This document shows positions 41,853 to 52,306 of a DNA stretch of 64,000 nucleotides, piece by piece; position 1 is the first letter of the stretch; each line of letters opens with the position of its first letter. The position numbers were made by a program, and so were the translations under genes. The stretch comes from a virus. The notes under the pieces are model-generated. The model had not been told where the DNA came from. It ran no database searches and was given only the letters and a program-made list of their open reading frames with translations. The stretch lies in the IMG/VR virus record IMGVR_UViG_3300017565_000003; one strand, given 5' to 3'.

Positions 41853-42092
41853 TTACTTTAACGGTAATAATTTGATTGAATGAACATCTTCAATCTTACC
41901 AGTATATTCAACTATAATTGTACGTCCTTTAGTAAAATGTGCTTTTTGTTCAATTGTTAGTGATTTATCAAAGTAAGCACGAATTCGCCATCCCTGAATA
42001 TTAACAATTACACCATTTTCTTCTACTTCATGAACATCTAATTCAATTTTATTTACCACAGGTTCTTTTGTAGTAGTTGTAGCCACTTTCCA
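41853..42092 (-). CDS. hypothetical protein
   Basis: GTG start after GGAGG. Confidence 0.6.
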   Translation of the reverse strand, partial: WKVATTTTKEPVVNKIELDVHEVEENGVIVNIQGWRIRAYFDKSLTIEQKAHFTKGRTIIVEYTGKIEDVHSIKLLPLK

Positions 42093-42144
42093 CACCTCCA
42101 AAATAGAGAAGGGGAGAGTGTCCCCTAATTGTTAAGTTTACTTA

Positions 42145-42930
42145 TTAAACGATTGCTGAATCATCATAAACCACTAGTTCCCACATGTCTGTGTTTACTG
42201 GTGACTTTAGAATTTCCATGTTTAAGTCTAGTGCAGCAGGATCTCCGTCTGCTGAGAATGAAAGGTTAAAGTTATCTTCGAACTTAGCATTTGGTACACG
42301 TAATTGTCCTTCAAATGCTTCTTTAGTAAACTCATCAACAACTAGAACATCCATTACAACACGGAATGATTTACCGAATTGATCAGATGTAACTTTGATT
42401 GTTTTAGCATCAGTAGCAGTGTTTGCTTGGTAGTAAACTCTGAATTGAGTTCCATTTGCTACAGCAGTATTGAAAGTTAAATCTTTACCAGTTACTGAAT
42501 ATTCTTTTGGATTAGAAGCAGGAGTTCCAAGAGTGAATTCTTCACCATTAGTACCGTCTGGATTTAATTTAAATACAGATACGATTGCACCAGAAGGAGT
42601 TTTACTTAGAGTCACTTTATTGGAAGTTACAGATTGCACTTCATGTAAATCTACTTTTTTAATACCTGCAACAAGGTCGTTACCTGTTAACATTGCAACT
42701 GCTTCGTTATCAAAAATAGCGTCTTGTAAAGTTAAACGAGCTTGACGGTTAGATGAGAAACCGATTAAACGTGCATTACCACGACCACCTTGAGCGTAAA
42801 CTGTTTCACCAGTTGTTTCTACTCCAGATGTTTTTAAAGTTGTTAGTGTAACAATTGCTTTGCCAGTTGATAAGTCATAGAATGAAACTTCACCAGCTTC
42901 ACGAATTGCCCAACGATTAGGTGTAGCCAT
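42145..42930 (-). CDS. major tail tube protein
   Basis: LKTS..E...ETVYA.GG.GN..L; F.LSF..DGDP; position in tail cluster. Confidence 0.82.
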   Translation of the reverse strand: MATPNRWAIREAGEVSFYDLSTGKAIVTLTTLKTSGVETTGETVYAQGGRGNARLIGFSSNRQARLTLQDAIFDNEAVAMLTGNDLVAGIKKVDLHEVQSVTSNKVTLSKTPSGAIVSVFKLNPDGTNGEEFTLGTPASNPKEYSVTGKDLTFNTAVANGTQFRVYYQANTATDAKTIKVTSDQFGKSFRVVMDVLVVDEFTKEAFEGQLRVPNAKFEDNFNLSFSADGDPAALDLNMEILKSPVNTDMWELVVYDDSAIV

Positions 42931-42953
42931 ATTATAATCATCCTCCAAATTGT

Positions 42954-43685
42954 TTATTTTGCTTTTATGATATTTGCCCAATTGATATCGGACAGTTTAA
43001 TGCCTTTAGAATCAATGTTTCCTGTGTATATACCTGTAAGTGTGTAATGATAGTTATCCATGCTTTCTAATCTCATGAATGCATCATATAATTGATATAT
43101 TGTCAGATTAAGAACATCTTCAATTCCGATTGTCTTCCAACCGATAGCAGAAATCATACTATGTAAGTTTTGCTTTGGTTTAATCTTCGGAGCCTGTTCT
43201 TTTTTCTTCTTTAACTTTTCCATGAATTTTCTAGCACGTTCATTACCAGGTATAATTTCTTCTTCATCTTTCTTTTCCTCTATGAAATTACCAATCTTTA
43301 CAACTTTCTTAATCAAGTCCCATTTTTCTTCAGATAAAACACTATCTTCACTTGGTTCTCCAAAATAAACAATACCATCTTCATAGCTAGGTTTTTCGCC
43401 AAACACCATTTCCAAAGCATTTAAAAAAAAATCCCTAAAGGAATCCTGATGGTAAAGAAACGATATTAAAATTTCGTAATCAGAGTGTCTGTCCATTTCT
43501 TCTGAAGTCTCATTAAGACTGTCTTTACTGAATAATAAATAAGAGAGGTAAGCGCTATGTAAAGATTCATTAATAGATATTATTTGTCTAAGAGAAGGGA
43601 GTTGTATATGTCCAATCCCATTTATTTCAATTGGAACATTTGCCAATAGCTTTAGGTGAATATCATCTCGTGTTATTTCAAACAT
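42954..43685 (-). CDS. tail morphogenesis protein (YomV-like)
   Basis: LTIYQLYD.F.RL...D.Y motif; synteny. Confidence 0.6.
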   Translation of the reverse strand: MFEITRDDIHLKLLANVPIEINGIGHIQLPSLRQIISINESLHSAYLSYLLFSKDSLNETSEEMDRHSDYEILISFLYHQDSFRDFFLNALEMVFGEKPSYEDGIVYFGEPSEDSVLSEEKWDLIKKVVKIGNFIEEKKDEEEIIPGNERARKFMEKLKKKKEQAPKIKPKQNLHSMISAIGWKTIGIEDVLNLTIYQLYDAFMRLESMDNYHYTLTGIYTGNIDSKGIKLSDINWANIIKAK

Positions 43686-43696
43686 AATATCACACC

Positions 43697-44188
43697 CTAA
43701 TGGTTCTCACTTACAAATTCATAAGTATATTTATATCCTAAGTAACCACTTGGAGGATTACCAATGATAAACATACGATCTGATTTGATATTGCTGAATC
43801 CTGTTACATGTTGATTATGTAAGATTTCATTCAACCTATCTGCAATAAGAAGAGATCGAGCATCATTCATTTCAAATGTATCAATATGAGTATAAATATC
43901 AAAAACAACATCTTGAAATGCAAACTTTGTAGCGCTCTTTGTATTATCTCTATTCCCAAAATACATACAAATCCTACAAATCTTCTTATTAGCTTCACTC
44001 TGAATATCATCAGTCTTAGGTGCTCTTAGAATCCTATCTTTCCTAATTTCATAGAAATTTGGTAAGCTCCTTACATTAGCCTTCTCAGCACTCAATGGAT
44101 TATCAGCATAATACAACAATCTCAACAATTCCTCATCATTAGCAATAACCATAAATATATCTACTAAATTCTGTGCTAATCTACTCAA
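43697..44188 (-). CDS. putative tail terminator
   Basis: L.RLLYY...PL, FDIY.H, R...I.D; synteny. Confidence 0.6.
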   Translation of the reverse strand: MSRLAQNLVDIFMVIANDEELLRLLYYADNPLSAEKANVRSLPNFYEIRKDRILRAPKTDDIQSEANKKICRICMYFGNRDNTKSATKFAFQDVVFDIYTHIDTFEMNDARSLLIADRLNEILHNQHVTGFSNIKSDRMFIIGNPPSGYLGYKYTYEFVSENH

Positions 44189-44191
44189 TCA

Positions 44192-44845
44192 TCACACCTT
44201 CTTTCCTTTGATAACTAATAAGCCAACACCATTTATGGACTTTGTGCGATCAATTCCAATAATTTGATACTGCACACCGTACATAGTGAATTCTTTACCT
44301 TCATCTATTTCAGCGTGTTCAGTGAATTGAATTGTCGCTTGCAATTGTCCTTCCGGTAAGTTGATAGCTTCATCAGAATTATCAGAGGTGATAGTAGTTT
44401 GTGCAATGCAAGGGAGGAGAGTGGGTTCAGATGTAGTGTAGCTCCATATTGGTTCTCCGAATTGATTGACTCCGGTTTGAGTTCTTGTAATTTCACCTGG
44501 AAGAGGGAAGTATGTGTTGCAAAGTTTTAATTGGCCTTTAGGGTAAATTTCACTATCTACAAAACTAAGTAGTAGATAATTTTTCCCTTTGTATTCAACA
44601 GTTGAGCCAATATTAACTATTGAATCTGCCCTAAAGTGTATAATCTTTTCATCATACTCATTATCTTGATTTACAATTGAGTCCGTATCAATCCCATTAA
44701 CCTTTACAATAGAAAACGATGGGGAAGAGTTGAATTGTTGATTAACAATCCTTTTTGACATGTTTTTTGAAGAATCAGTAGGATTATTACCTTTATCATC
44801 TAACCTCTGTATATACCTTGTTATAAAATCCAAATCAATCACCAA
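44192..44845 (-). CDS. putative head-closure/neck protein
   Basis: Beta-rich; synteny between adaptor and terminator. Confidence 0.55.
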   Translation of the reverse strand: MVIDLDFITRYIQRLDDKGNNPTDSSKNMSKRIVNQQFNSSPSFSIVKVNGIDTDSIVNQDNEYDEKIIHFRADSIVNIGSTVEYKGKNYLLLSFVDSEIYPKGQLKLCNTYFPLPGEITRTQTGVNQFGEPIWSYTTSEPTLLPCIAQTTITSDNSDEAINLPEGQLQATIQFTEHAEIDEGKEFTMYGVQYQIIGIDRTKSINGVGLLVIKGKKV

Positions 44846-45131
44846 CCCTCAGTGACTTCTCAATTAAATCCATACAATGAAATACTTCTCGCTTAATCAC
44901 TTTAATGTCAACTGTTGATTGTAAACTGTCATCGTAAAAATGTTCTAAAATACTTATTAGAGTGACAACAGTAGGGATTTGATTTTCTTCGACTAAATAC
45001 TGTAAACCATATATTTCATAAATAAGAGAGTCAATATTTTGAGGTAAACCTATATTTTCTTCCTCAAAAAGACAAAGTAATTTGTAAAATTTATTTATTA
45101 ATGATGTGACATATTCATTTGTAATTTTCAT
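44835..45131 (-). CDS. hypothetical head-tail region protein (YomY-like)
   Basis: LINK.YKLL.L.EE...IKREVF.C; synteny. Confidence 0.6.
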   Translation of the reverse strand: MKITNEYVTSLINKFYKLLCLFEEENIGLPQNIDSLIYEIYGLQYLVEENQIPTVVTLISILEHFYDDSLQSTVDIKVIKREVFHCMDLIEKSLRVGD

Positions 45132-45133
45132 CC

Positions 45134-45553
45134 CTAAAAACCTACCCGATAGTAATACTCAATCATTAAAGTATTTGCTTCATCTTTGAAGGTTTGTCTT
45201 AATTCTCTTACTTCTTTAAGTTGATTTGCAGGGGAGAAGAGTTTGAAATCTTTAGATCCAAGTCTTTCTTCTAATAATTCATCTCGTAGAATTTTAGGGG
45301 ATAAGTATTCAACAACCATTAAAGTAGAAAGGATTTCTTTTTCCATTTCTGTGAGAGTGATATTAAATTGTTGTAATAAATCATCTCTGTCAGATAAATC
45401 TTTAGTTGAATAGGTGAATTTAGGAATAGATGATTTCAAGAAATCATAAAGTAATTCTTGTGCAAATTCAAAATCATTCACAATTTTATCTTTAAGTTGA
45501 TAATCTTCAATCTTACCTAAGAAATAGGCATAAACTTCTTCATAAGGTGTCAT
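45134..45553 (-). CDS. head-tail adaptor (YomZ-like)
   Basis: MTPY..VY..FL.KI.DY...E.EIL..LM...FSPAN.L. Confidence 0.7.
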   Translation of the reverse strand: MTPYEEVYAYFLGKIEDYQLKDKIVNDFEFAQELLYDFLKSSIPKFTYSTKDLSDRDDLLQQFNITLTEMEKEILSTLMVVEYLSPKILRDELLEERLGSKDFKLFSPANQLKEVRELRQTFKDEANTLMIEYYYRVGF

Positions 45554-45567
45554 TTAACACACCTCAC

Positions 45568-46011
45568 TTATTCTTCGTCATCGTAGATTTTCATTTTAGC
45601 TTTCTTTTCAATAATATCGATTTTAGCTTTGCTATCAAGTTTTAGTTCTCTAGCAACTTCGACAAATTGAAGAATAATAGCCTTCTCAGTGATTTCATTT
45701 AATTCTTTTTCAAGTTTTTTATAATTACCTTGAACAAGCTCAATAATCTCTTCATTGCGAACAACATTTGAATTCGTTTTCTCACCAGTTTCAGTTTCAA
45801 GACCTAGTTTTACACGAACCTCTTTGTCATCAATCCAAAGCATTCCTTTTTGGATAACTTCTTGATTAATGTGAATGTAATCAATTTCCTCTTCATCAAT
45901 CTTCAAAAATGAACCTTGTTTCGGCAATAGTCTAAATGATTCAGGTGTTGGATTCAGATAAAAACCTAACCCACTATGAATGTTATTAATAACTTTTACT
46001 AGTTTCCCCAT
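45568..46011 (-). CDS. hypothetical head-associated protein (YonA-like)
   Basis: Directly after the major capsid gene. Confidence 0.6.
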   Translation of the reverse strand: MGKLVKVINNIHSGLGFYLNPTPESFRLLPKQGSFLKIDEEEIDYIHINQEVIQKGMLWIDDKEVRVKLGLETETGEKTNSNVVRNEEIIELVQGNYKKLEKELNEITEKAIILQFVEVARELKLDSKAKIDIIEKKAKMKIYDDEE

Positions 46012-46081
46012 GTTTAAATCCTCCTTGTATTCATAAGAATAAGGAGTCTACAATCAGACTCCTCATGTTAAAATTATTTAA

Positions 46082-47047
46082 TTAAACGATTGTTACTAGA
46101 CCAAGGTTGTGTACTTGAAGTACGTTTACGCCAACTTTTTGTAAAGTCTTTTTAGTTACAGAGCCATCATCGAAACTTTGTTGTTCTAACATTTCAGCGT
46201 CACCTTCGAATGTAACTTTAACCGGCTTGTCAGCATTTACAGGAAGAACATAGATAAGATTGTTATCTAATACCCATTGAGTATTAGTTTCATCAGTGAA
46301 AGTGTTTGGTAATTGAACAAGAGCTTTACCTTCCCACACACCAATAAATCCATCTCTGTTAAATGCGTCTTTCATGTTATCAGACATAGCAGATTTGAAA
46401 CCAGAGTCAGCAGTAATGTTAGCTAAAGCTACAGATGTACCAACGATAACTGGACGACCATAAGCTGCAACAGTGTTAGCTACGTTACGTACTTGAGCTA
46501 AAGAGAAAGCTCCAGAATATTTGTTAGCAGCAGGAGCAGAACCCATACCAGTAACAAAAGTAGTTTGGATAGTTTTCATTACTTCTTCATTGATAGCTTC
46601 AGCAATTTCATCAATCATATCAGTGAAAGCTTCTGCACGACCAGCAAGAATATCATCGAACTCAGCATAAACAGCAGCACCAAGAGCCTTTGGTTGAGCA
46701 GTTACTTTACCTTTGTAAATTTTTTGTCTGCGAATCTCAGAACCTAAAGCAACATATTCAACTTTTAAACGACCGTTACGAACGTTATATTCTTTCTTTT
46801 CTCCGTGTCCTACATAAGCAACATCAGCGATAACAGAAAGAGCGTCACCAACTTTAACTTTTAAAACTTCGTTTACGTTTTCTTTGATAATTGCATTGAT
46901 TTCAACTTTATTGCGATCATAGTCTTTTAATAGAACACTGAAAAGCTCAACCATTTCTTGTTTACGTTGTTCAACTGTTTGACCTTCAACAGAAGAAGTG
47001 TTATTTCTAACATCCATACATAATTCTAAAACTTTATTTTTATCCAT
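46082..47047 (-). CDS. major capsid protein (YonB-like)
   Basis: 321 aa; synteny after scaffold and decoration genes; strong RBS; high-expression codon usage. Confidence 0.8.
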   Translation of the reverse strand: MDKNKVLELCMDVRNNTSSVEGQTVEQRKQEMVELFSVLLKDYDRNKVEINAIIKENVNEVLKVKVGDALSVIADVAYVGHGEKKEYNVRNGRLKVEYVALGSEIRRQKIYKGKVTAQPKALGAAVYAEFDDILAGRAEAFTDMIDEIAEAINEEVMKTIQTTFVTGMGSAPAANKYSGAFSLAQVRNVANTVAAYGRPVIVGTSVALANITADSGFKSAMSDNMKDAFNRDGFIGVWEGKALVQLPNTFTDETNTQWVLDNNLIYVLPVNADKPVKVTFEGDAEMLEQQSFDDGSVTKKTLQKVGVNVLQVHNLGLVTIV

Positions 47048-47086
47048 ATTATTTTATCCTCCAATATTAGTTAAGTTTATTTTAAA

Positions 47087-47557
47087 TTAAGCTACTTCAA
47101 CTTGAAGTACGATTGCATCTTTACCATTTAATTGAGTTTTCTCAATTACACGGAATTTTTGAGCAGGTGGTGTAGTTCCTGGGAATGTAGAAGCAACAGT
47201 GAATTTACCGCCAGCTTTTGCATAAGCGAAGTCACCAACTGCAACAGCACCAAAGTTAGCACGATCTCCAGTGAAATCAATTTGAGTAGTTGTGAAGATA
47301 TCTCCTCTTTCTAACTCGTATGTACGTGCTTGCATAGCTCCAACTTCATTACGGAAATCAGATTCATCAAGTGAATCATATAAGTTAGCAACAGAAGCTA
47401 CTAATACTTGTTTTTTAGTTGGATCAGCAGTAGCAGCGATCTTTTTAGTAGCATAGTTGATTTCAGCTAATACTCCATTCTCAATTGCTGCATTAAAATC
47501 ATAGTGGTAAGCGTGACCTTTCATTAAATCTAAACGTACAATACCGTATTGTCCCAT
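47087..47557 (-). CDS. capsid decoration/structural protein (YonC-like)
   Basis: IENG, R.Y.L..GD.F.TT; between scaffold and capsid genes. Confidence 0.65.
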   Translation of the reverse strand: MGQYGIVRLDLMKGHAYHYDFNAAIENGVLAEINYATKKIAATADPTKKQVLVASVANLYDSLDESDFRNEVGAMQARTYELERGDIFTTTQIDFTGDRANFGAVAVGDFAYAKAGGKFTVASTFPGTTPPAQKFRVIEKTQLNGKDAIVLQVEVA

Positions 47558-47607
47558 ATTAATAATTCCTCCTAATAATGTGTTTGTTAAATTTATTTAT
47601 AAAACTA

Positions 47608-49113
47608 TTAAGCTTCAATTCCGTATTTTTGTAGAATGTTCTTTGGAATTAAATCTTCTTGCTTTGAAGCAACGATTGTTACAGTTTCATCTTTAGCAGA
47701 TGCAGTTTCAACTGATGTTTTTTCTTTTGCAATTTCTTCAACAACTACAGAGTTTAATTCTGTGCTATTTAATTCCTGAATAGCATTTTGAACTCTTTCA
47801 GATTTGAAAGTTTCTTCAGATAACAATTTCTCATAGCGAGAAGATAGTTCAGCAACTTTCGCTTCTTTTTCAGCAGTCTCAACTTGCTCTTTGTACTTGT
47901 TTAATTCTTCAATTGCAGAATTAAGTTCTGTAACTTGACCTTCTAATTCTTTCTTTGTAGACTCTTGAGAAACAATAGTCTCATTTAATTCTGTTACTTT
48001 TGACTCTAATTCTTCTAACTTAGTTTTGAATTCAGCAATTTCAGTTTCTTTTGTTGATAATTCAGCTTGCAATTCTTCAACAGTTTTTTCCATGCTTAAT
48101 TCAGCCTCCTTCTTTAATTCTTCTAATTTATTATTTAATTCAGTTACTTGTATCTGCAACTGATCTAAATTAACACCTTCAGGAATAAATCCTAATTGAC
48201 CTTTAACCCATTGATCTTGTGAAGAAATAACGACTTGATCATTAGAAATTGAATATGGAATTTTCCATAATTCTGTATAGTCGTACTCACTTTCACAAAT
48301 TACATAATCAACATAAACATCTCTAATGTAATAATTATATTGACGTTTATTATTTGTTGGATTTAAAGGGTTTAAAATGTTATAAATCTGCCCACCAACA
48401 TCTTTAAGTTTTAGTGAGTTAACTTCAACTCCATCATGGAATCTAATTTCAATCCCTTTGTTAAAAGTATCAGTCATATTTTCAACTCCTTTCATATCTT
48501 TATTAATCTCTAAATCTTGTTTTATTGCTTGGGCGACTTCTTTATCAGTTACACTTAACACACCTGCATCAGAATCTGCTGGAGGGGTAGAAACGCCTAG
48601 CAAACAATTAGAAAGATAAACGTAATTTAAAGGATATCTGTATTCTTGTGAAGCTTCGTCATTGTATTTACTAATCTCAACTTCAACAGAAGAAGTACAA
48701 ATGCCATCTGTGAAATTTCTTTCGATAACTTCGAATATCTTAGGATATTTATAAGACCATATAGTTGCTTTAGCAAATAAGGCTTCAGTATCATCATCTT
48801 CACTAATCTTATCAATCCAGACTTCTGTAATAGTACCTATTGCAATTGTATTTAACTCGACAATCTTGCCGGTTTTAGGATCGACTACTTGTTCGTGACC
48901 ACCTAAATCATCGATATTTTCATAATAACGACACACAACAGGCTTGTTGATAAGAGTTTTCATTGCAGTTTCAGTATATTCTTTTAAAAAGTCCAAACCA
49001 TTAGCGTTAACGTGATTTAATTTATGTACAAGCATAGTTATCTCTTTTGCTGTAGAGTCTATAGTTTGAGATATTTCTACTATACTAGTATTAATAGTTT
49101 GAATTTTATCCAC
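47608..49113 (-). CDS. prohead protease-scaffold fusion (YonD-like)
   Basis: N.NG..F, L..KPVV, GGHE, SVE, CLLG...PA; long acidic coiled-coil C-terminus. Confidence 0.78.
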   Translation of the reverse strand: MDKIQTINTSIVEISQTIDSTAKEITMLVHKLNHVNANGLDFLKEYTETAMKTLINKPVVCRYYENIDDLGGHEQVVDPKTGKIVELNTIAIGTITEVWIDKISEDDDTEALFAKATIWSYKYPKIFEVIERNFTDGICTSSVEVEISKYNDEASQEYRYPLNYVYLSNCLLGVSTPPADSDAGVLSVTDKEVAQAIKQDLEINKDMKGVENMTDTFNKGIEIRFHDGVEVNSLKLKDVGGQIYNILNPLNPTNNKRQYNYYIRDVYVDYVICESEYDYTELWKIPYSISNDQVVISSQDQWVKGQLGFIPEGVNLDQLQIQVTELNNKLEELKKEAELSMEKTVEELQAELSTKETEIAEFKTKLEELESKVTELNETIVSQESTKKELEGQVTELNSAIEELNKYKEQVETAEKEAKVAELSSRYEKLLSEETFKSERVQNAIQELNSTELNSVVVEEIAKEKTSVETASAKDETVTIVASKQEDLIPKNILQKYGIEA

Positions 49114-49153
49114 TTATTAAATCACCTCCTTTAAGGGGGAGTTACAGATAAAT

Positions 49154-49291
49154 TTATTTTTGAATACATTCTTCACAGTCACAGTTTTCTTGATGTGATT
49201 CTTGTTTAACCCCTAATTCAATAAATTTATTAATGTTCTTAGAAGATGTTTCTGTATTTTTTTGAGATAGTGGGGGAGTGAAGCCTTTCAT
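49154..49291 (-). CDS. 45-aa microprotein (missing from ORF track)
   Basis: AAGGAG RBS; MKGFTPPLSQK...HQENCDCEECIQK. Confidence 0.55.
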   Translation of the reverse strand: MKGFTPPLSQKNTETSSKNINKFIELGVKQESHQENCDCEECIQK

Positions 49292-49310
49292 ATTATCAAC
49301 TCCTTATGCG

Positions 49311-50483
49311 TTACGCTATGTTAGATAAGTTTACTTTTAATATTTCCTCAATATTGTCAAATTCCCAATAAGGAATACGAAGAAGAGGGATGTTGTTTTC
49401 TCCGCAATAATCATTTTTTATTTGGTCGTGCAACTTAGCAACTTTCAGATTTTCTATCGCTCTTTCTTCAGATATGCCACCGAATCTTATAGGCTTGTAA
49501 TGTTGTTCACCATCATATTCGATTAAATAAATTAATTTATCTGTATTGTTAAATATAGCGAAGTCGAAAGGTAAAGGAAATACATTCCTACAGTCTTGAA
49601 ACCAATATTGTGATATATTGCTTATATTATACAGGTCTAAATATTTAGAAATTTCTTTTTCTCCTTTTGAGGATTTACATCTTGGACATCTATTTCCCTT
49701 TAAAAAAGAGTTTGGAGACACCTTGTATTCAAAATGCCCACAGTCTTCGCTATTATGCCTCATCATTATACTTGTTTTGTTATTGATATATGTTCCTAAA
49801 ACACTATATTCATTTTTTGTTAAGTTATAAACATCTCTTGTGAAATCATCATGTGTTTTATAATGACCTGCACATTTAGGACAGCCATAACCATTTAAAA
49901 TATTATATGGAAGAACCTTGTATTCATGATATCCGCATGAAGGGTTGTTATGTTTAACTGCTACATGAATGTCTGAACACTCATATTTTGTTATTATTTC
50001 AAATTCATTCCCATATAAATTAAAAATTTCTTCAATAAAAGTTTCGTGAGATTTTGTTCTTTTTAATATATTCTCTTCTTTTTTACATAAATGGCAATTA
50101 CCATGTAAAAATATAGATTTTGGCGTAGTGTTAAATTTCCTCCCACATTTTGTATGAGTAAATGTCATAACAGTGTTTTGATTATAGTATTTATCTTCAG
50201 TTGTAAATTCATTGTTGAAAATATCTCGTAATCTAGCTTGAAACTCATTATCAGAAAATGCTTTCTTTTGCCTCTTTGTTTCTAATGCACATTTTGGACA
50301 TCTTTGTCCATTTAAGAATGCATTTGGTTTCATTTCAAATTCATGATTATCACAAAATTTATTATTGTGTCTAAATATTAATTTGTCATGAGATCTTACG
50401 TAATTGGTAACTACTGTGAATTCATCTCCAACCAACTCAAAAACTTTATAGACAAACTCTTCATGTGTTAGTTTTTTAGGCAT
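49311..50483 (-). CDS. zinc-ribbon-repeat PD-(D/E)XK homing-endonuclease-like protein
   Basis: Four THEEF...H..C.....P..FL.G..CP.C repeats; LPFDF, IEYDGEQH, LLRIPYW; paralog of 10017..10787. Confidence 0.82.
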   Translation of the reverse strand: MPKKLTHEEFVYKVFELVGDEFTVVTNYVRSHDKLIFRHNNKFCDNHEFEMKPNAFLNGQRCPKCALETKRQKKAFSDNEFQARLRDIFNNEFTTEDKYYNQNTVMTFTHTKCGRKFNTTPKSIFLHGNCHLCKKEENILKRTKSHETFIEEIFNLYGNEFEIITKYECSDIHVAVKHNNPSCGYHEYKVLPYNILNGYGCPKCAGHYKTHDDFTRDVYNLTKNEYSVLGTYINNKTSIMMRHNSEDCGHFEYKVSPNSFLKGNRCPRCKSSKGEKEISKYLDLYNISNISQYWFQDCRNVFPLPFDFAIFNNTDKLIYLIEYDGEQHYKPIRFGGISEERAIENLKVAKLHDQIKNDYCGENNIPLLRIPYWEFDNIEEILKVNLSNIA

Positions 50484-50539
50484 TATTTTCGTTCCTTTCA
50501 AAATATGATTCAGGTCAAAATATAAAAAGAGAGTAAGAA

Positions 50540-50710
50540 TTAAACTTTTCTCACTCTCCATATATCTAACAATCTATTTAATTCAGTAGTACCTTCAAAC
50601 AAATAACACGTTTTTTGGGTTTTATTATGTATTGATGATGTAAAATACTTCTGCCCATTGTTTAATAAAAATTTTTTCAAGGGTAAACTATAGCAATAGA
50701 AAATTTTCAA
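50540..50710 (-). CDS. DUF5659-like small protein, 56 aa (missing from ORF track)
   Basis: AGAAGGTG RBS, TTG start; MKIFYCYSLPLKKFLLNNGQKYFTSSIHNKTQKTCYLFEGTTELNRLLDIWRVRKV. Confidence 0.65.
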   Translation of the reverse strand: MKIFYCYSLPLKKFLLNNGQKYFTSSIHNKTQKTCYLFEGTTELNRLLDIWRVRKV

Positions 50711-50730
50711 AATATCACCTTCTTAAAATA

Positions 50731-52263
50731 TTAATTAACCGATGGCTTTGGATTATTATTCCCACCCGAATCTTTTGCTTTTATTGTATTTGGATTCGTG
50801 GGAGTATCAATCTGTTCTCTACCAGGACTTTTATTTTCAACTTTCCCACTTTGCGTATAGGCATTTTGAGGCGGATAAAGTATTTCATCGGTTTTTAGGA
50901 TTTTTCTTTCATACTCAACTTGAGAAATAACATTTTCATATGGTAGTCCTGTTACAGCTTCCAACCAGAATTTTGACACTCCGGTCTGTAAAAATAGGTC
51001 TTTAAGTTGGTCAATATGCTTATCTCTGTCTAACATTGTAGTTTTGGAGAATACTAATTCACATGAAACACTGTTAGGTAAAATTTGTTTAATGTACCTA
51101 TTGATCAATACTTCAAATTTTTCTAGAAGGGTAAATACATACCTAAAAAACTTTTGACTATTTAAGGTTGCTGAACTGAAATTACCACTACTACCGCCAC
51201 CATATATTAAAGCTGGGCTAATACCTAAATTCATGAAAATATCATTGTCAATTTTTTCGTAAAATTCTTTTTTAAACATTTCAGTATCAACTTTTAATGT
51301 TTCTAGCTTGAAAAAGTGAGGGAGGGCAATCGTCCCAGTTCCACTGGATTCATTGCTACGTTGATTCATTCCATCCTTTTTTTGCATTAATTTGCTTACT
51401 TCATTAAAATAAGCGGTAATAACTTCTCTTGGTACCGGCTTAGTTCCCTCTTTGTCTAAGGTGGACGCATAGAGTATTATTACTTGTTTTATAATACGGT
51501 CAGCAACAGATCTCTCTACTCGATTAATCATCTCTTTTTGAAGAATTGATCCCCACGCACCAATAGATATTGGCAATCCATAAGGAAAGTTCCTGGGATT
51601 ATCGGCAGCAATTACATCACAATTCTTTAACTCTACATATCTATAATCTTCGCCTTTATTCTTATATAAATTAAGTTTGGCAACTGTTACTTCATCAGGT
51701 AGAGATTCTATTATTGCTAATTTATCTGAGACAGTTTTATATCTCTCAATAGATTTTAAATCATACTCAACTACCCATCGACCATTCCGTTGTTTTATAA
51801 TTCTAAGGTCGTCTATTTCGAGAAATTGAACGTACCTTCTATTTCTAAGGCAAGTAACAATAGTGCCCATTTCTCCAACCTCGTAGTATGCATCACGTAA
51901 AAAATTCTTTAATTCTATCTCTCTAAGAAAATCGTGAACCTTTTTCTCATACTTCTTTAACTTTCTTTCATCGTCAACTTCCGACCAAGATAAAACATAA
52001 TCGAGAGTTGGAAGAGATTTGAAAGTTCTGAGGACTTCTTTAACAATCCCGTTTTTATTAGTTAAGTATTTACTTGATTTTTGAATCTCTTTGATATGAG
52101 AGTAGGGGTTTTGTAAGTACTTATAAAGATCTGTTAGCTTTAAATCATTCAGTGATGCACCGGAACCATATTGAGTTATATAATCAGTTAAACCTGCTAC
52201 TTCTATCCATTGCGAAAAATCGTCTGATGAGGTGGGGGAGGTGGTTGTGTTTTCTGTTGACAT
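50731..52263 (-). CDS. portal protein (YonE-like)
   Basis: 510 aa directly after the large terminase; LGIS.AL..G...NFSS..LN. Confidence 0.82.
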   Translation of the reverse strand: MSTENTTTSPTSSDDFSQWIEVAGLTDYITQYGSGASLNDLKLTDLYKYLQNPYSHIKEIQKSSKYLTNKNGIVKEVLRTFKSLPTLDYVLSWSEVDDERKLKKYEKKVHDFLREIELKNFLRDAYYEVGEMGTIVTCLRNRRYVQFLEIDDLRIIKQRNGRWVVEYDLKSIERYKTVSDKLAIIESLPDEVTVAKLNLYKNKGEDYRYVELKNCDVIAADNPRNFPYGLPISIGAWGSILQKEMINRVERSVADRIIKQVIILYASTLDKEGTKPVPREVITAYFNEVSKLMQKKDGMNQRSNESSGTGTIALPHFFKLETLKVDTEMFKKEFYEKIDNDIFMNLGISPALIYGGGSSGNFSSATLNSQKFFRYVFTLLEKFEVLINRYIKQILPNSVSCELVFSKTTMLDRDKHIDQLKDLFLQTGVSKFWLEAVTGLPYENVISQVEYERKILKTDEILYPPQNAYTQSGKVENKSPGREQIDTPTNPNTIKAKDSGGNNNPKPSVN

Positions 52264-52306
52264 AATATTCCTCCTTTCTTAATTAATGTTTAGTTTATTT
52301 GTTAAG

